Shown here piece by piece: positions 27,350 through 41,309 of a DNA stretch of 64,000 nt. The stretch is from positions 29,241,989 to 29,305,988 of the forward strand of contig NC_081373.1 of assembly GCF_030684315.1 (NCBI RefSeq). Direction: 5' to 3'. The notes beneath the pieces are model-generated. The model made no database searches, was not told where the DNA came from, and saw nothing but the letters and a program-made list of their open reading frames with translations. The stretch comes from Stegostoma tigrinum. Taxonomy: Eukaryota. How positions within the stretch are numbered: position 1 is the stretch's first letter; the number at the start of each line of letters is the position of its first letter. The position numbers and the translations under genes are program-made.

Positions 27350-28860
27350 AAGTAAGGATAGAGGAAATTTTAATGGGATTAATATCTTTGAAAATGGATA
27401 AACCACAAAAGTCAGATGAAATGTATTCCTAGCTGTTAAAAGATGACAAGGAGAAAATAGCAAAAGGTTTGACTATTCTCCAGTCGTTACTGGATAAAGG
27501 TATGGTGCAGTAGGATTAGAGGACGGTTAATATTTTACATCTGTTTAATTAATTACAGGCCAGTCAGTCTAACCTCAGTAGTGGGCAAGTTGTTAGAAAT
27601 CAACACTGAGATGCAGGATAACCTGTAACTTAAAATGGTATAGATTAGTTGAGAATAATCATCATGGATTTGTTAAGTGAAGACCAATTATGTCTGACTA
27701 ACTTGATTGAATTTTCTGAGGAAATAACAAGGAGGATTGATGAGAATAGTACAGTTGATACGGTCTACATGAATTTTAGCAAGACTTTTGACAAGGTCTG
27801 TGTGGCAGACTGACTTTAAAAAATGTCAGTTAGATCTAGGAGGACGTTGCAAGAAAAAATTGTCTCCTTGGCAGGAAATGAAGAGTAATTGTTGACTTCC
27901 ATTTTTGTGCGTGGAAGGCTGTTTCAAAAGGATTCTGCTTTTTGTGATTTATACTATTAAACATTTGGATTTAAATAGAGGTGCCATGATCAAGAGGTAT
28001 TATAGATCATACAAAAATTGGCTGAGTGGTGCGAGGACCATAGTTGTATACTATAGGAACATATCAATGGATTGGTCTGGTGGGCCGATAAGTAGAAAAT
28101 GGAACTCAACCTGGAGAAGTATGAGGTTTTGGTTTGGGGGAGGTAAAAAAAAGACAAGGAATGCACAATAAATGAGAGAATACAGAGAGGTGTAAGTGAA
28201 ATGAGGGACCTTAGAGTGAATGTCCCCAGATTCTTGACAAGGAGGGTGTGTTGATAATGTGATTTTGGAAAAAAGGAAGCGTACAAAATCCTTTCCTTTC
28301 GTAACTGTGGGATAAACATAAGAGCAGGAGGTTCGGCTGGCATTGCATAAATTAGGCCTCGGCTCACTTCCTTACAGAAAGGCTGTAATTATACCAGAGA
28401 AGGTATGGAGAATATTTGTGAGGATATTACCAGGATAGGAAAATGCATCTATGAGGAAAGATCGAATAGGCTGTTGTTACTTCATTGGAACAGAAGAGAC
28501 TGAGGAGTGATTTGTTTGAAATGCACAAAATTTTTAGGGGCTCAGATCTTGTGGATGGGAGTTTATCATTGCAAAGAAGTCAGTGACTAGGAAATGTAGA
28601 TTTAGAAGGGATTGGTGAAAAGCTTAGAGGGAAAATGGGCAAAGCATTTTTGTACCCAGAGATTGTTAGGGTCCTATCCTTGCCCGAAAAAAATAGTAGA
28701 GGCAGAAATTCTTGATCTGTTTAAGAGATGGCTGGATAGGCACTTCAAGTGCAGGACTATGGACCAAATGCTGGAAAGTGAGATTAAGCTGGGTGGTTCA
28801 TATTTTGGCTTCGGCTGACACAATGTTCCTTCCTTAGTAGCATAAAATTTCTATCACTTT
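27350..28860 (+). mobile_element. Decayed CR1 LINE RT and 3' end
   Basis: NYRPVSLTSVVGK, CLTNL, VYMNFSKTFDKV. Confidence 0.85.
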
Positions 28861-31063
28861 CTGTAACTGTCACAAATAGTGGAGAGGTTTGAGTTATTCA
28901 ATGTAGAAAGTGGGGAGATATGGCATAATAATACAGCGACTAGACTTTTAATCCAGAGGCTCAGGCTTATTCCCACTTGGTCAGGCCCAATGTGTATCTA
29001 GACCTGCAGCAATGAGATTGACTCTCAATAGCTCTTTAAAATAATTGAGCAAGCTACTCAATTCAAGAGCAATTAGTGATGGGCAGCAACTTGTGGCCTT
29101 GCCACCAATGCTTTATGTGCCAGAAAAGAATATTTAAAAATACAGCTTCCAAAAGGCTGAGTTTCTAGCCATTGATGAGCCTCAGGATATTGATGGTGAG
29201 AGAGTTTGATGACAGTGTAATATCTAAATCTCACAAGAGTATTTTTTTTTCTCTTTCTTGTCAGTGATAATTATTGCCTAGCAATTGCCTGGTGCAAAGA
29301 TTAATTGTCGCACATCAGCTCAAGGTTAGCTGCTATCCAGGCCTTGTAACATGCAAGTATGAATTGTTTCTGAATAATTGTAAGTGGAGTTGAGCACTGA
29401 AGTCAACAGTGATAAACCACACTCCTGACTTTATGATTGAGGAAAGGGTTAGTCTGTCTGTCCTACTCTACTTCACTTGTTGAAATTTATCATCAATCCT
29501 ATTTTTTCAAGCAATGTTGAATGACCCAGAAGGAATCTGCTGCATAAGCATTGCTGTTATTCTGTATGATACAGCATATTATGAGTCCGAGTCAACATAA
29601 CATTGTTGAGCCGGAGTTTGTCTCTTACTGTGTGGTTCATTAATATTTTCACTAACGTCGCTCAATAAAGTAGGTTGCATATTTGAAATAAATACCGTAA
29701 CAACTTAATATCATGACAGACTACCAATAAAACTATAACATAACTACATTTGGCACAAAGCTCACTGCAGTACTTTCCCTTACACCTTTTACATTAAAGG
29801 TTCAATGGTTCATCACTGTTATCAAATTATTGCAAATTCATAAGTGTTCAATGAAAGCCCTAACACTTTAATAATGGTAAACTTGATTGAGAATATTATG
29901 AATGCAAAATGTATTTCCAGCTGTACATGTATGTGCAAGCTTGTTTCTAATTAGCTGAAAACTCAATTTGCAAACTTCATTTTAAAATTTCAGTTGTATT
30001 TAGCCTTCAGTTTTTGCAGTTGTCATAGCTTCACTTTATTATCACTAAATTGCAGCGAACCCTAAACACCTTCTCTAGTCTAGTGCACTTCTTGAAATCA
30101 GGTTGGGAATTATGTTATAATTCATTACCTACTCGAAACCTACGAGTTGGTAGACTATCAAGTAAATGAGAGGTTATTGCATAATTCATTTCAAGAGATG
30201 GAACTGCTTCTGTTAATTTTGTCATGATGCATTGTCAAATTGCTAAAACAACTTTTAAAGCTCTATCCTTTTAACGTAAATGTTTAAATTTGAATCAGAA
30301 TGCCAAAACAGAATGTATAGCATACGTTTTATGGGTGAAATTGCAAAACAATACAATATCAAATGATAATAATGATTTTTTCTAAAATAAATATCTGTGT
30401 AAAGCCAAGTATTTCACATTATAATATTGTCAGTTTTCAAGAAGTTGTAAATAATCAAGTACATTTTTTTTGAATCTGAGACCCTTAAAATAAAAAATAT
30501 TTCATAGCTCTAACATACTTCTGTGGGCTGGAAGATGAGAAAATTTTTTTTTTTTGAACAGATTTGTCATGCTGGCTAAAAGGTAACACCCAGCAATTGG
30601 CAAATGTTTTTTTCTGGATTAGAAATGTTCAAAAAATGCCTTGTAAAAACATTAAGTTTTTAAGGTAATAATACATTGGAAATTTGAAGTCTCAGTGCCT
30701 ATCCAAAGCAGACCTGTACAATATATATTATCCAGAAAAATCATATTCCTCATGTTGTTCTGGTTGTATATTATCTTTTATATTAGCGAAGAAATTGCAC
30801 TGGAACTTACAAGGTATTGAAAGCAGTTGGTAATGTTAGATAGAAATGAAGCAACTTGATTGCGAGTTTGCTGAATGAAATAACATTCTTTCATCATAAC
30901 CCATCACATGTTGTAATGTAGAAGTGTTGAAAGTAAACCTTTATACATAGGTAAAATTGTTTGACAAATTGATAATATTCTAACTGCTACTTACTCAAAC
31001 TCTTTTGAATGAAACTAACTTAATAATGAACCCAAAGACAAAAGCTACTCCTTGCACCACTCA

Positions 31064-31749
31064 GAGACAGTAGGAACTGCTGATGCTGGAGAATCTGTGA
31101 TATCAAGGTGTGGAGCTGGATTAACACAGCAGGCCAAGCAGCATCAGAGGAGCAGAAAAGCTGACGTTTCAGGCCTATACCCTTCTTCAGAAATGGGGGA
31201 GGGAAAGGGGATTCTGAAATAAATAGAGAGAGAGGGGGAGGCAGATGGAAGATGGATAAAGGAGCAGACAGGTGTAGAGGAGACAGACAGGTCAAGGAGG
31301 TGGGAATGGAGCCAGTCAAGGTGAGTGCAGGTGGGGAGTTAGGGTAGGGGTTGGTGAGTCCAGGGAAGATGGACAGGTCAAGGAGGTTGGAATGAGACTA
31401 GTAGGTAGGAGGTGGGTTGAGGTGGGAGGAGGGGATAGGTGGGAGAAAGAACAGACAAGTTAGGAAGGCGGGGACGAGCTGGGCTGGCTTTGGGATGCAG
31501 TAGTGGGAGTGAAGATTTTGAAGCTTGAGAAGTCCACATTGATACCGTTGGGCTGCAGGGTTTCCAAGCAAAATATGGGGTGCTGCTCCTGCAATGTTCG
31601 GGTGGCATCATTGTGGCACTGCAGGAGGCCCAGGATGTACATGTCGTCCAAGGAGTGTGAGGGCAAGTTGAAATGGTTTGTGACTGGGAGGTGCAGTCGT
31701 TTGTTGCGAACCGAGCGTAGGTGTTCCATAAACCGGTGTCCAAGCCTCT
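31064..31749 (-). mobile_element. 5'-truncated PLE family 1
   Basis: ORF 31460..31762 RFMEHLRSVRNKRLHLPVTNHFN; imperfect TSD ttgcaccac(ccac)tca at 31052-31063 and 31750-31765. Confidence 0.92.
31163..31190 (-). ncRNA. Minimal hammerhead ribozyme motif, intact core
   Basis: CTGAAGA-AGGGTATAGGCCT-GAAACGTC. Confidence 0.7.
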
Positions 31750-32719
31750 TTGCACCACCCACTCACCTAAGGTAGCTTAAAAGTATAATGTTACTGAGAT
31801 CACAATTATGTTCAAGATTTTACTATTGATATTTGCTGATTGTGACATAATGGATAAGAAGGCCAATACATATGGCCTGTTAGTTCAAATGCATCCAACT
31901 CCAATCTATCTGAGATAGATTACAGTTATCGATAGATTGTGTTGCTGAAACCCAAACTTGCTGAAGTGGTATTGCTAATTTTTGTGACAGTTGGTATTTT
32001 CTGGCTCTTTAACAGAAGATAATCAAATCATAGAGCAGTTTAACAGAAATCATTGGAATATTGGTGTATACAGGATTTCCATAATTGAAATTAGATGCCT
32101 ATCGTCTGTAATGTTCCCTGAGAAACAGAGAGTACAGCACCCCCTACAGAACATTATAAGTGTGCAGCTGTTTCTGTTCCATCATGCACAAATCTGCAAA
32201 GGCAATTCGGAATTAAATTATTAAGAAGTATTTGAAGTTAAATAAAATATCCACAACAATTTCTGATGGATGTCATTTAGCATTTATTGAATAATATGTA
32301 TTCATTGTTCTCATTTGTAATGAAGCAAGAATTTCCAGACATTATGGGCTGAATTTTTCCAATCCCTGAACGATGTGGGAAATGACAAGTCAGTTAGGAA
32401 AATATGGCAAGATCAGAAATTCTTGACTTTGAGAAAAAAATGTCTGATTTTCTACCCAAGGTTTGATCAGGAAAATGAGAATCTGTCTGATGAGCAGTGG
32501 TGAGAGCCTGTTTGCATACATTTACTCATTATAACCAATTCTCACAATACACTGTTTTGTAATTTCTAACATGAAAGTTAGGATGGATACTTGTTGGCTC
32601 CAGCTAACTGCTTGTTCCTCTGGATGCCCATATTGGCCAACAGACCCCAACATCACTGCACATGAGGTAGAGAGAAAACTGAGAATTGTAGATGGGTTAG
32701 TTTGGCATCAGTAACAGGA

Positions 32720-32940
32720 AAAATAATGGCGTTCTTTATAAAAGATTTAGTAGCAGAGCGCTTGGAAACAGCGACAGGATTTTTTTCGAGGATGTAACTC
32801 ATAGAACTGAAAGGGGAGCCAGTGGGTCTGGTTTGCTTGGACTTTCAGGAGGCTTTTGATGAAGTCCCATTTAAGAGATTAGCATGTACAATTAAAGTAC
32901 TCAGGATTGGGGATATTGTATTGACTTGGATAGAGAACTG
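32720..32940 (+). mobile_element. CR1 RT fragment
   Basis: LDFQEAFDEVP..RL..WIENW. Confidence 0.8.
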
Positions 32941-34983
32941 ATTTGATTTTGATTTGATTTATTATTGTCACATGTACCTAGGTACAGTGAAAAGTTTTTG
33001 TTTTACATGCAGTACAGGCAGAGCAGATCATTCAAAGATCATTGGGTGATAGAATAGAGTGAGGAGTACAATGCTACAGACGCGCAGAAGGTGCACAAAA
33101 AGCAAGAACAACATTAGATTTGAAATTTGACAAGTCCATTCAGCAGCCTAATAACAGCAGAGAAAAAGCTGTTCTTGAACCTGTTGGTACATGTGTTTAA
33201 GCTTTTGTATCTTCTACCTGTTGGAAGAGGTTGGAAGATATTATAATCTGGATCGGTGGGCTCTTTGATGATGTCAGCTACCATTTGGAGGCAGTGAAAA
33301 GTGTAGATGGAGTCAATAGAAGTTTGGCTTGTGTGATGGACTGGGCTGTGTTCTCAGCTCTCTGCAGTTTCTTACAGAGCTGGGCAGAGCAGTTGTTGTA
33401 CCAAGCTGCTTTCTATGGTGCATCTATAAAGATTGGTGAGGGTCCTTATGGACATGCCAAATTTCCTTAGCCTCCTAAGGCATTGTGCCTTCTTGACCAT
33501 TGCATCAATGTGGGTGGTCAAGGACAGATTAGTGGTGATTGTTATCTTTACACCGCACAAACAAACACTGTATCCCTTTCCTGTATTCTATCTCACTATT
33601 GTTTGATATCCAGCCTATAATGATGGTGTCATCTGTGAACTTGTAGATGGAGTTTGGATAAAATATGGCCACACAGTCATGAGTGTACAGCAAACAGCTA
33701 AATACACAGACTTAGATAACAAAGTGTGAGGCTGGATGAACACAGCAGGCCAAGCAGCATCTTAGGAGCCACGTTTCGGGCCTAGACCCTTTATCTAGGC
33801 CCGAAACGTCAGCTTTTATGCTCCCAAGATGCTGCTTGGTCTGCTGTGTTCATCCTGCCCCACACTTTGTTATCTTTGATTCTCCAGCATCTGCAGTTCT
33901 TATTATGTCTAAGTGCACAGTCTTGTGGGGCGCCAGTGTGGAAGATTGTTGTGGAAGAGGTGCTGTGGCATATCCTCACTGATTGCAGTCTGTGGGCCAG
34001 GAAGTCAAGGATTCAGTTGCAGAGGGTGGAGCAGAGACTAGGTCTTTGAGTTTGGAGATTAGTTTGGTTGGGATTATAGTGTTGAAGGCAGAACTCTAGT
34101 CATTAAGTAGAATTTGATGTAGGTATCATTATTATCCAGCTGTTGCAGGGATGAGTGTAAGGCTAGGGAGATGGCATCTACCACGGCCTGATGTGGCAGT
34201 AGACAAATTGCATGGGATTAAGGCAAGCTGGGAGGCGAGAGTTGATATGAGCCATGGCTAGCCTCTTGAAGCACTTTATAATTACGGAGGCCGGAGCCGC
34301 TGGGTGGTTGTCATTGAGGCACATTACATGTGTTTTCTTTGGTATTGGGATGATAGTGGTCTTCTTGAAGTAGGTGGGGACTTCAGATTGTAGCAAGGAA
34401 AAGGCAAAGATGTTAGTGAATACTCCCGCCAGTTCATCCACACAGGATCTGAGTGTACGGAGACTCCATCTGTGCCAGTCACTTTCCATTGGTTCACTTT
34501 CAAGAAGGCCAATCTGACATCTGCAGCAGTGACTGAGGGAACAAGTACATCTGAGGCCGTTGGGGTAGGTGACACTGTTCGAGCCAAGCGTAAAATGTAT
34601 TGTGGACATTAGGGAGTGATGTATTTTTTCCTCTATTCTGTTCTGCTTCACTTTGTAGCCTATTATCTTATGTAGGTCTTGCAACATACAGCGCATGTCT
34701 GTGTGGTTAGGTTGGGTCCCTAACTTAGTCCAGTATTGCGCTTTGCATCGCTAATGGTGAAATGGAGATCCTGTCTGGAGTTCCTGTAAAAATCAGGGTT
34801 GTCTGACTTGAATGCCACCCCTAGTCTTCAGCACACAATAGATTTCCCAGTTCATCCATGGGTTGGGTTCCAGTTGGGGAACATATGGACTGAGGTCTTT
34901 GGCATGCAGTCTTCTCCACATCTGCTAATGAATTCAGTGCCAGTGGTGGCATACATGCCTAGGCTGACCGCTGATGTTGTCTA

Positions 34984-34985
<2 letters not shown>
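32941..34985 (-). mobile_element. Rex1/Babar LINE, 3' ~2 kb
   Basis: ORF 34178..34696 ELAGVFTNIF..SL.QSEVPTYFKKTTIIPIPKK..CLND; ORF 33372 LRRLRKFGMS..LTNLYRCTIES; (ATTTG)n tail at 32941-32960. Confidence 0.9.
33714..33908. mobile_element. Tail-out palindromic mini-PLE nested in Rex1
   Basis: Inverted arms meet in the hammerhead stem; degenerate 16-bp TSD at 33698-33713 and 33909-33924. Confidence 0.88.

Positions 34986-34989
<4 letters not shown>

Positions 34990-35049
<60 letters not shown>
34990..35049 (+). repeat. (CA)n microsatellite, ~30 units
   Basis: Direct reading. Confidence 0.99.
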
Positions 35050-35050
<1 letters not shown>

Positions 35051-35374
35051 ACAACCTCTTTGGCTACTGCTCAGAAAGCAACCCTCGATGAGACTCCCCA
35101 AAATTGACACCTAGCTGACATTTTTATAACATTCAGTTTTACAGCCTTTCTGCTAGTGTAGTAGTTACTGTATCAACAATTGTGTAGGCAGGCCATCACA
35201 TTAGCCCACCATGGTATTGCTTGAATCCTACCGACCCATCTCCCATGGACACTCATGTCCCCATATCTCAATCATGTCTGCGTTCCTTTATAGCCCAATG
35301 TCAAATCGGAACAATCTCAACTCCCATCACAATCCTTTGCCTTGCCTTCTGTATGTCAATTCAACTATTATCCA

Positions 35375-35510
35375 AGATAATAAAATGTGAGGCTGGATGA
35401 ACACAGCAGGCCAAGCAGCATCTCCTGAGATGCTGCTTGGCCTGCTGTGTTCATCCAGCCTCACATTTTATTATCTTGGAATCTCCAGCATCTGCAGTTC
35501 CCATTATCTC
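35375..35510. mobile_element. Palindromic mini-PLE
   Basis: Perfect 54-bp arms (35371-35424 and 35427-35480); exact 14-bp TSD tcaactattatcca at 35361-35374 and 35511-35524. Confidence 0.95.
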
Positions 35511-38500
35511 TCAACTATTATCCAGTTGGGTGCACCTCAGAAGGCATGAGTTATTTGTCTAATGCTTCTGCTGTCCTTAAAAAGCATTCTCATTTAGGTT
35601 TGATTGTTCAATCCCTTACAGAAACAAGTATTTCCATCAGTCATACCAAGCACAGCAGAAGATGGTTTTGTTTTTTGGAGGGCCATCATCTTAATCTCAG
35701 AACAGCAGTGCAGCAGTTTCTTTGGATTTGAATGTTTAAATTTGAAGGCCAGTTAGAAAGGTTGACAATGGAGGAAGGAGATAGGGAAAGATGCAGAGAA
35801 CTTTAAAGTGATAACAGAACCATGAACTGGCTCAAGTAAATCTTATGTTATTTCATTACAGAAAGCTCATCTAGCCAATAGAAATGTAAGTATAGTGAAT
35901 GTGATGTTAGAAAGCCAATCTGTTTTTTCCTTACCATAAAACAGTGCAATTAAAAGCAAATTGGTGATAGTTGAATGGTAAACCAGTGAAAATAGAGCAA
36001 GTTATCTGACACTTATGGGAGCTGGAAGTGTGCTGTTTGGTCAAAGATTTTGGTTGACCAAGACGTCTGTATAATCAATATAAATCATACACTAAATAAT
36101 GCAGGCTGTGTACACATTACAGTTATACCTTACTTACAGTATAAATCACTTAATAATAATACGTTATTAATACAAGGTTGACTTAAACTTACAGGCAGAG
36201 AGCCTTCTCACTCCCATCCTCAACTGACTAATTAGACATTGTGACATTGTGATAATACTATAAACTTATGGTATTTCAGGTATCTATTTTTTGCCATTTC
36301 ATCAAGAACGTCAGTTTATAAGGTGCTGGTTGAAACAAAGTTTACTGTAATATGATATTTTCAGAATCTTCAGAAAAGACAATATCAACAAAGGAAATGG
36401 GTGTTAAAACACCAACAATGACACATATGAAACATATTCTAAAAGAACATGCTAGAGTGGGGCTTTGGCTCCAGGCAGACAAGGGAATTCACCCTTGAAT
36501 TCTGCCACAGTGAATCAGATTACTGGAAGTTTTTGTCGTTTAGGGAGAAGCATTTTCTCACTCCTCTAACAAAACAAGTGGACAGATTAATATTTTGAGA
36601 GCTGATGGGACAGGTTGGTGGCTGGTAATATGCTTTACATTTCAGATAGTCTGATTAACAAGGAATTATTATTACAGGTGTATTGAGATTTATAAATATG
36701 GCTCTTTGTACAAAATATTTTAAAATTGACTTGATTGACAATATTGTTACTTGGGAAATTGTTTCTAGGTTACTTTTTAAAACAGTTGATTTTAAGCTGG
36801 GTAATGATTCAACAAGTATGAAATTCTTGCCATTTCTGACAGCTTCAAGTGAAACAGCTGAGATGAGATAAACAGAGATTTTACAGGTGAAATATCCTGG
36901 ACATTCTCTGCTTGTGGAGTAGCTTTAGCCAAGCTCCTAAAGCTGAAAAATAACCAGCCTTGGACCAAGAAATGATGGTATCAGAAATGCAAGAATTTCA
37001 GTAAAAGCCTAAAGAGCTACAGTCTGCCAAAGAGAAAAAAGAACTGATTAGTGTAAGGGACCAACAGTCAAGTGCAAAACATGAATTTACGGATGAAAAA
37101 TGCAAAGTGGTGACAACAGTTGAGCATTGGCTGCAGGAAGTGAAACACTTGAATGAATGTTTGAAACATCCAAATGATAAAATGTTGAAGTAGCCAGATC
37201 TTGATGGACTTCAAGTACCAGAGGCCTGTGTGAGGTATCATGAAAAATGCTTTGAATAAGAGAAAGAATTGTTCATGATACTGAACAATTGCCTGAAAAC
37301 AGACTTAAAAGCCCAAACTTACAAAACTATTGGAACGTCATCTTAGGAAGAATAATCAAAGTGTTGAACACCAATGCAATCTGAAGAACAAGAACGGTAA
37401 TTTGTACAGTGGAAGAGCAAATCAAGACTTTAAAAGCAACTAAGGAAAAATTTAAGGATCAGACTGAAGTGATGATAAATAAGTCAAGAGATTCTAAGAT
37501 GTAGTCTGCAAATATAAAAATAAAATTCCAAAATAAACAGAGTTCCCATATGAAGTGGTCAGACTAGTGAGAAGCTTCTACTGAAATTTCTAACACTAAG
37601 AACCATCTAACTGAGTAGATTGGTGCAGTTGTTAAGCTGAATAAAAAGTTCAACCAACTTGGGAAATAATTGGAGAATAATAAGACAGTAAATTTTCGGA
37701 AGTAGTTATAAACAAAGTGGAAATGAAAACTTATTGTTTGAAGAATCAGTAGGAAGAAAATGATGTGTGCAGAAGACTGTAGTACGCCATTCAGATAAAC
37801 TTGGAAATGGTTTGGGTGAATAGAGCAAAGCACCATTGGTGCAAGTTCATTCATCTATGATGACAAAACATTATCTGGAACGCTTGAGGATGATAATTAT
37901 GAATCTCATCAATCTGAAATATGTGTTTTCAATTCTAAAATTAAAGGACCCATTGAACGTGTGCTTCAAAAGAAAAGTAAGAAAAAGAACGTTCTTCAGT
38001 ATTCAAATTGAGAAACAGCTGTTAAAAGTCATTTGTATTATACAGTATGAGGGAAGTTTTTTGTATGTGAAGGGGGAAAGCCACCAGAGTATTAATTCAT
38101 AGTTACACCAGAATATTTGAAAACCTATGGTATATAATAGAAATATTATGTTAATGAAGGAAATTATCAACATATGATGTACATCCACAACTGAAACTCT
38201 TAACATTAAGTTCACATTTACATGATTTCTTTGAGAAGAAATACCAAAAGATAACTAGTCCATTGTTAATAATAATTCACTAAAAATGCTTGGGTGGAGG
38301 CACTGTTCTGAAGTAGCTATCAAAATATACTGTTGAAGCTGATTAGGGACTCTTAGTCATATGCCTGGCCAGGTTAAACTGACCTGGAACCACTTGATGC
38401 TGACATTTGGTATGGGAAGTGAAAAGTAATTTATTCATGGCACTGGCATCCTGAATCTTGATGAGCGTAATATTCAGAGTTCAACATTGAGAAAATTAAA

Positions 38501-39159
38501 AGAGCACATTTCATTGTTATAATACAGTTACATGCCATTTGCAATTAAGGATAAAACATCCAGTATTTACTGGTATGTCTGCAGTACATAATTTCAAATC
38601 TATAAACAAAAACAAACAGGATGAAGCAAATCGACATTATTAATGTAGCACAATACTTTAGACATTCTTATGCTGTAAACTTAGTTCTACTTTTTACTTC
38701 ATCTCAAGAGTTTCTGTATACATTGCAATAATTTTGAAGGTTCATTCATTTCTTTAGGGACCAATCCAAAGGCATGCCACCACCCACTCAAAACTCACTC
38801 TAATTCTCATCTATGTTCCAGCTATTGTCTGAGGTAAAATTTTTGTTAAGTGACCCTCTAAACATTTGTAAGACCACATTACAATGGATATTACAGCCTG
38901 TTTTTTTCTGGTAACCAGCAGATATCCAACTGCTTTCTTAAAGCTTTCCAGCCTAACTCTGCTGAGGCTTTTTGCCGCGAATTTCTCTGTCCTCTAGCTG
39001 CAAGCTCAGCGGATCTTCCAGTTTGTTTTCATGAATGTGAGTTTTACTGGAGTAGAAACCTGCACAGTTTTTGTGTGAAAAATGATGAAGTTGGCATTTT
39101 TCTACTTAAATTTGCAGTCCTGACTAATAAATGTTTACTTCTTTCAAGCCATGAGCTGT

Positions 39160-39423
39160 AATAAGACCATAACACCATAAGACACAGGAGAAGAAATTAG
39201 ACCGTTTGATCCATCGATTCAGCTCTGCCATTCAATTTAGGCTGATGTTTCTCACCCCTAGTCTCCTACTTTCTCCCTGTAACCCTTGATCCCCTTGAGA
39301 AGCAAGAACATATCTATCTCTGTCTGAAATATACTTAATGATCTGGCTTCCACAGCCTTCTGTGGCAATTAATTGCATAGATACACCACTCGCTGGCTGA
39401 AGATGTTTCTCCTTATCTCCTTT
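39160..39423 (-). mobile_element. CR1 3' end
   Basis: (TAAGACCA)n tail on the + strand; same sequence family as the copy at 54053. Confidence 0.9.
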
Positions 39424-39429
39424 GTCTTA

Positions 39430-40662
39430 CAGACAGAAACAGACAATGTATCGGGGTGGGGGAGAAACAAAGAAATAGCTGAACAACTGAATGCAGACTT
39501 TGGTTCTGTCTTCACAAAAGAGGACACAAATCAGATATGAGAAATGTTGTAGAATGCAAAATTTAATGAGAGGGAAGAATTGAGAGAGATCAATATTAGT
39601 AGAGAAATGGTGCTGGGAAAATGGATGGGATTGAAGGTGGATAAATCCCCAGGGCCTGATAACCTACGTCCCAGATACTTAAGGAAGTGGCTATAAAAGT
39701 AGTGGATGCATTGGTGATCATCCTCCAGGATTCTATAGAATCTTGAACAGCTCCTTCAAGTTAGAGGTTGGCTAATGCCACTCCAGTATTCAAAAAGGGA
39801 GGTAAGGAGAGAACAAGGAATTATAGACCAGTAAGCCTAACATCAGTAGTGAGGAAAATTCTCAAATCCATTGTCGAGGATTTTCTCGTAGAGAATTTAG
39901 AAAGCAGTGGCAGGATTAGGCAGAGTCAGCATGTTTTGGGTCTGGTGACCATTCCTCTGTTAACAACTGCAACAACACATCCCTGCCCCTAGGAAATCTT
40001 GCTTGACAGATCTGTTGGATTTCTATGAAAATGTAACTATTGGAGTTGACAAGGGGAGAGGGTCAATGTGGTATATTTGGACTTTCAGAAAGTGTTTGAC
40101 AAAATTACGCATATTGTGCAAAATTAAAGCTCATGGGATTGGGGGCCATGTATTGAAATGGATAGAAAATTGATTGGCAGAGAGGAAACAAAGAATAGGA
40201 ATTAATGGGTTATTTTCAAATTAATCCACAATAACTAGTGGGGTTCCATAGGGATTGGTGCTGGGACCCTAGCTATTCACAACATATATCAATGATTTGA
40301 ATGAGGGAACAAAATGTAGCAGCTAAAAGTGTGCAGATGATACCAAGTTGGGTGGGAGACTGAACTGTGATGTGGATACAGAGGTTCTTCAGCATGATCT
40401 GGGCAGATTGGGTGAGTGGGCAAATCAATAGCAGATACAGTATAATTTGGAAAAAATATGAGGTTATTCACTTTGGATGCAAACCCAGAATGGCTGTAGA
40501 TTGGGAGAGGGGAGTGTACAGTGAGACCTGGGTGTCCTGGTGCACTAGTTGCTGAAGGTAAGCATGCATGCAGGTTCAGCAGGCAGTAAAGAAGCCAAAT
40601 GGTATGTTGGCATTCATTGCAAGAGGCTTCAAGTTCAGAGGCAGGTATGTGTTGTTGCAGTT
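39430..40662 (+). mobile_element. CR1 ORF2 RT fragment
   Basis: ORF 39768 ANATPVFKKGGKERTRNYRPVSLTSVV; ADDTKLGG. Confidence 0.92.
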
Positions 40663-40664
40663 GT

Positions 40665-40792
40665 TAACAGAGGAAAGGTCACCAGACCCAAAACATTAAC
40701 TCTGTTTTTTCTTTCCCTGATGCTGCCAGACCTGCTGAACTTTTCCAGCAACTTTGTTTTTATTCCTGATTTACGGCATCTGCAGTTCTTTT
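40665..40792 (+). mobile_element. PLE family 2 3' end
   Basis: Degenerate hammerhead aggtcaccagacccaaaacattaactct, then gatgctgccagacctgctga...gcatctgcagttctt. Confidence 0.7.
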
Positions 40793-41309
40793 ATTCACAA
40801 TCCTCTGGGTTCCCACTGTCCTTTGCCACATTATATCCTTTCTGTTTTGTTTTTATGCTGTCTCTGACCTCCGTCATCAGCCATGGTTGCCTCATTGTCC
40901 CTGTACCACGCCTTTTTCGCTAGGGATAAATTTTTGCTGTGTCTCCTAAATTAGTCCCAGAAACCAGTAATCTACGCAAAACCAAAACCACAACTGTCTT
41001 TATGGCTTTCACCTTCCTCACTCTAATTAATTAACTTTAATTATGTTACCCTTACAAAATTAATTGTCCCAAAATTAAAAGTTATCTCTAAATTTTTAAT
41101 CTGATCTATGAGCTGCTTGATTGAGAACATTATAGTAATAATAGACTTCCAGTAATGTAGCCCTTATTCACATCAGAAGATCTGAAAGTACTCAATGCAA
41201 TGAAATTTTGCTTGAAGCAAAGTTACTTTCAAAACAAAATCAATATTATTGGTTAATTTTGTTAATTTTCTTCTTGATTCAGCAAAATTATGAGGTAGTG
41301 GTACTAATA

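Noticed and set aside
34799-35107. His-Thr repeat ORF
   Set aside because: Translation of the (CA)n microsatellite.
39160-40662. Head-to-head CR1 pieces as one inverted insertion
   Set aside because: No TSD found; two independent insertions explain it equally well.
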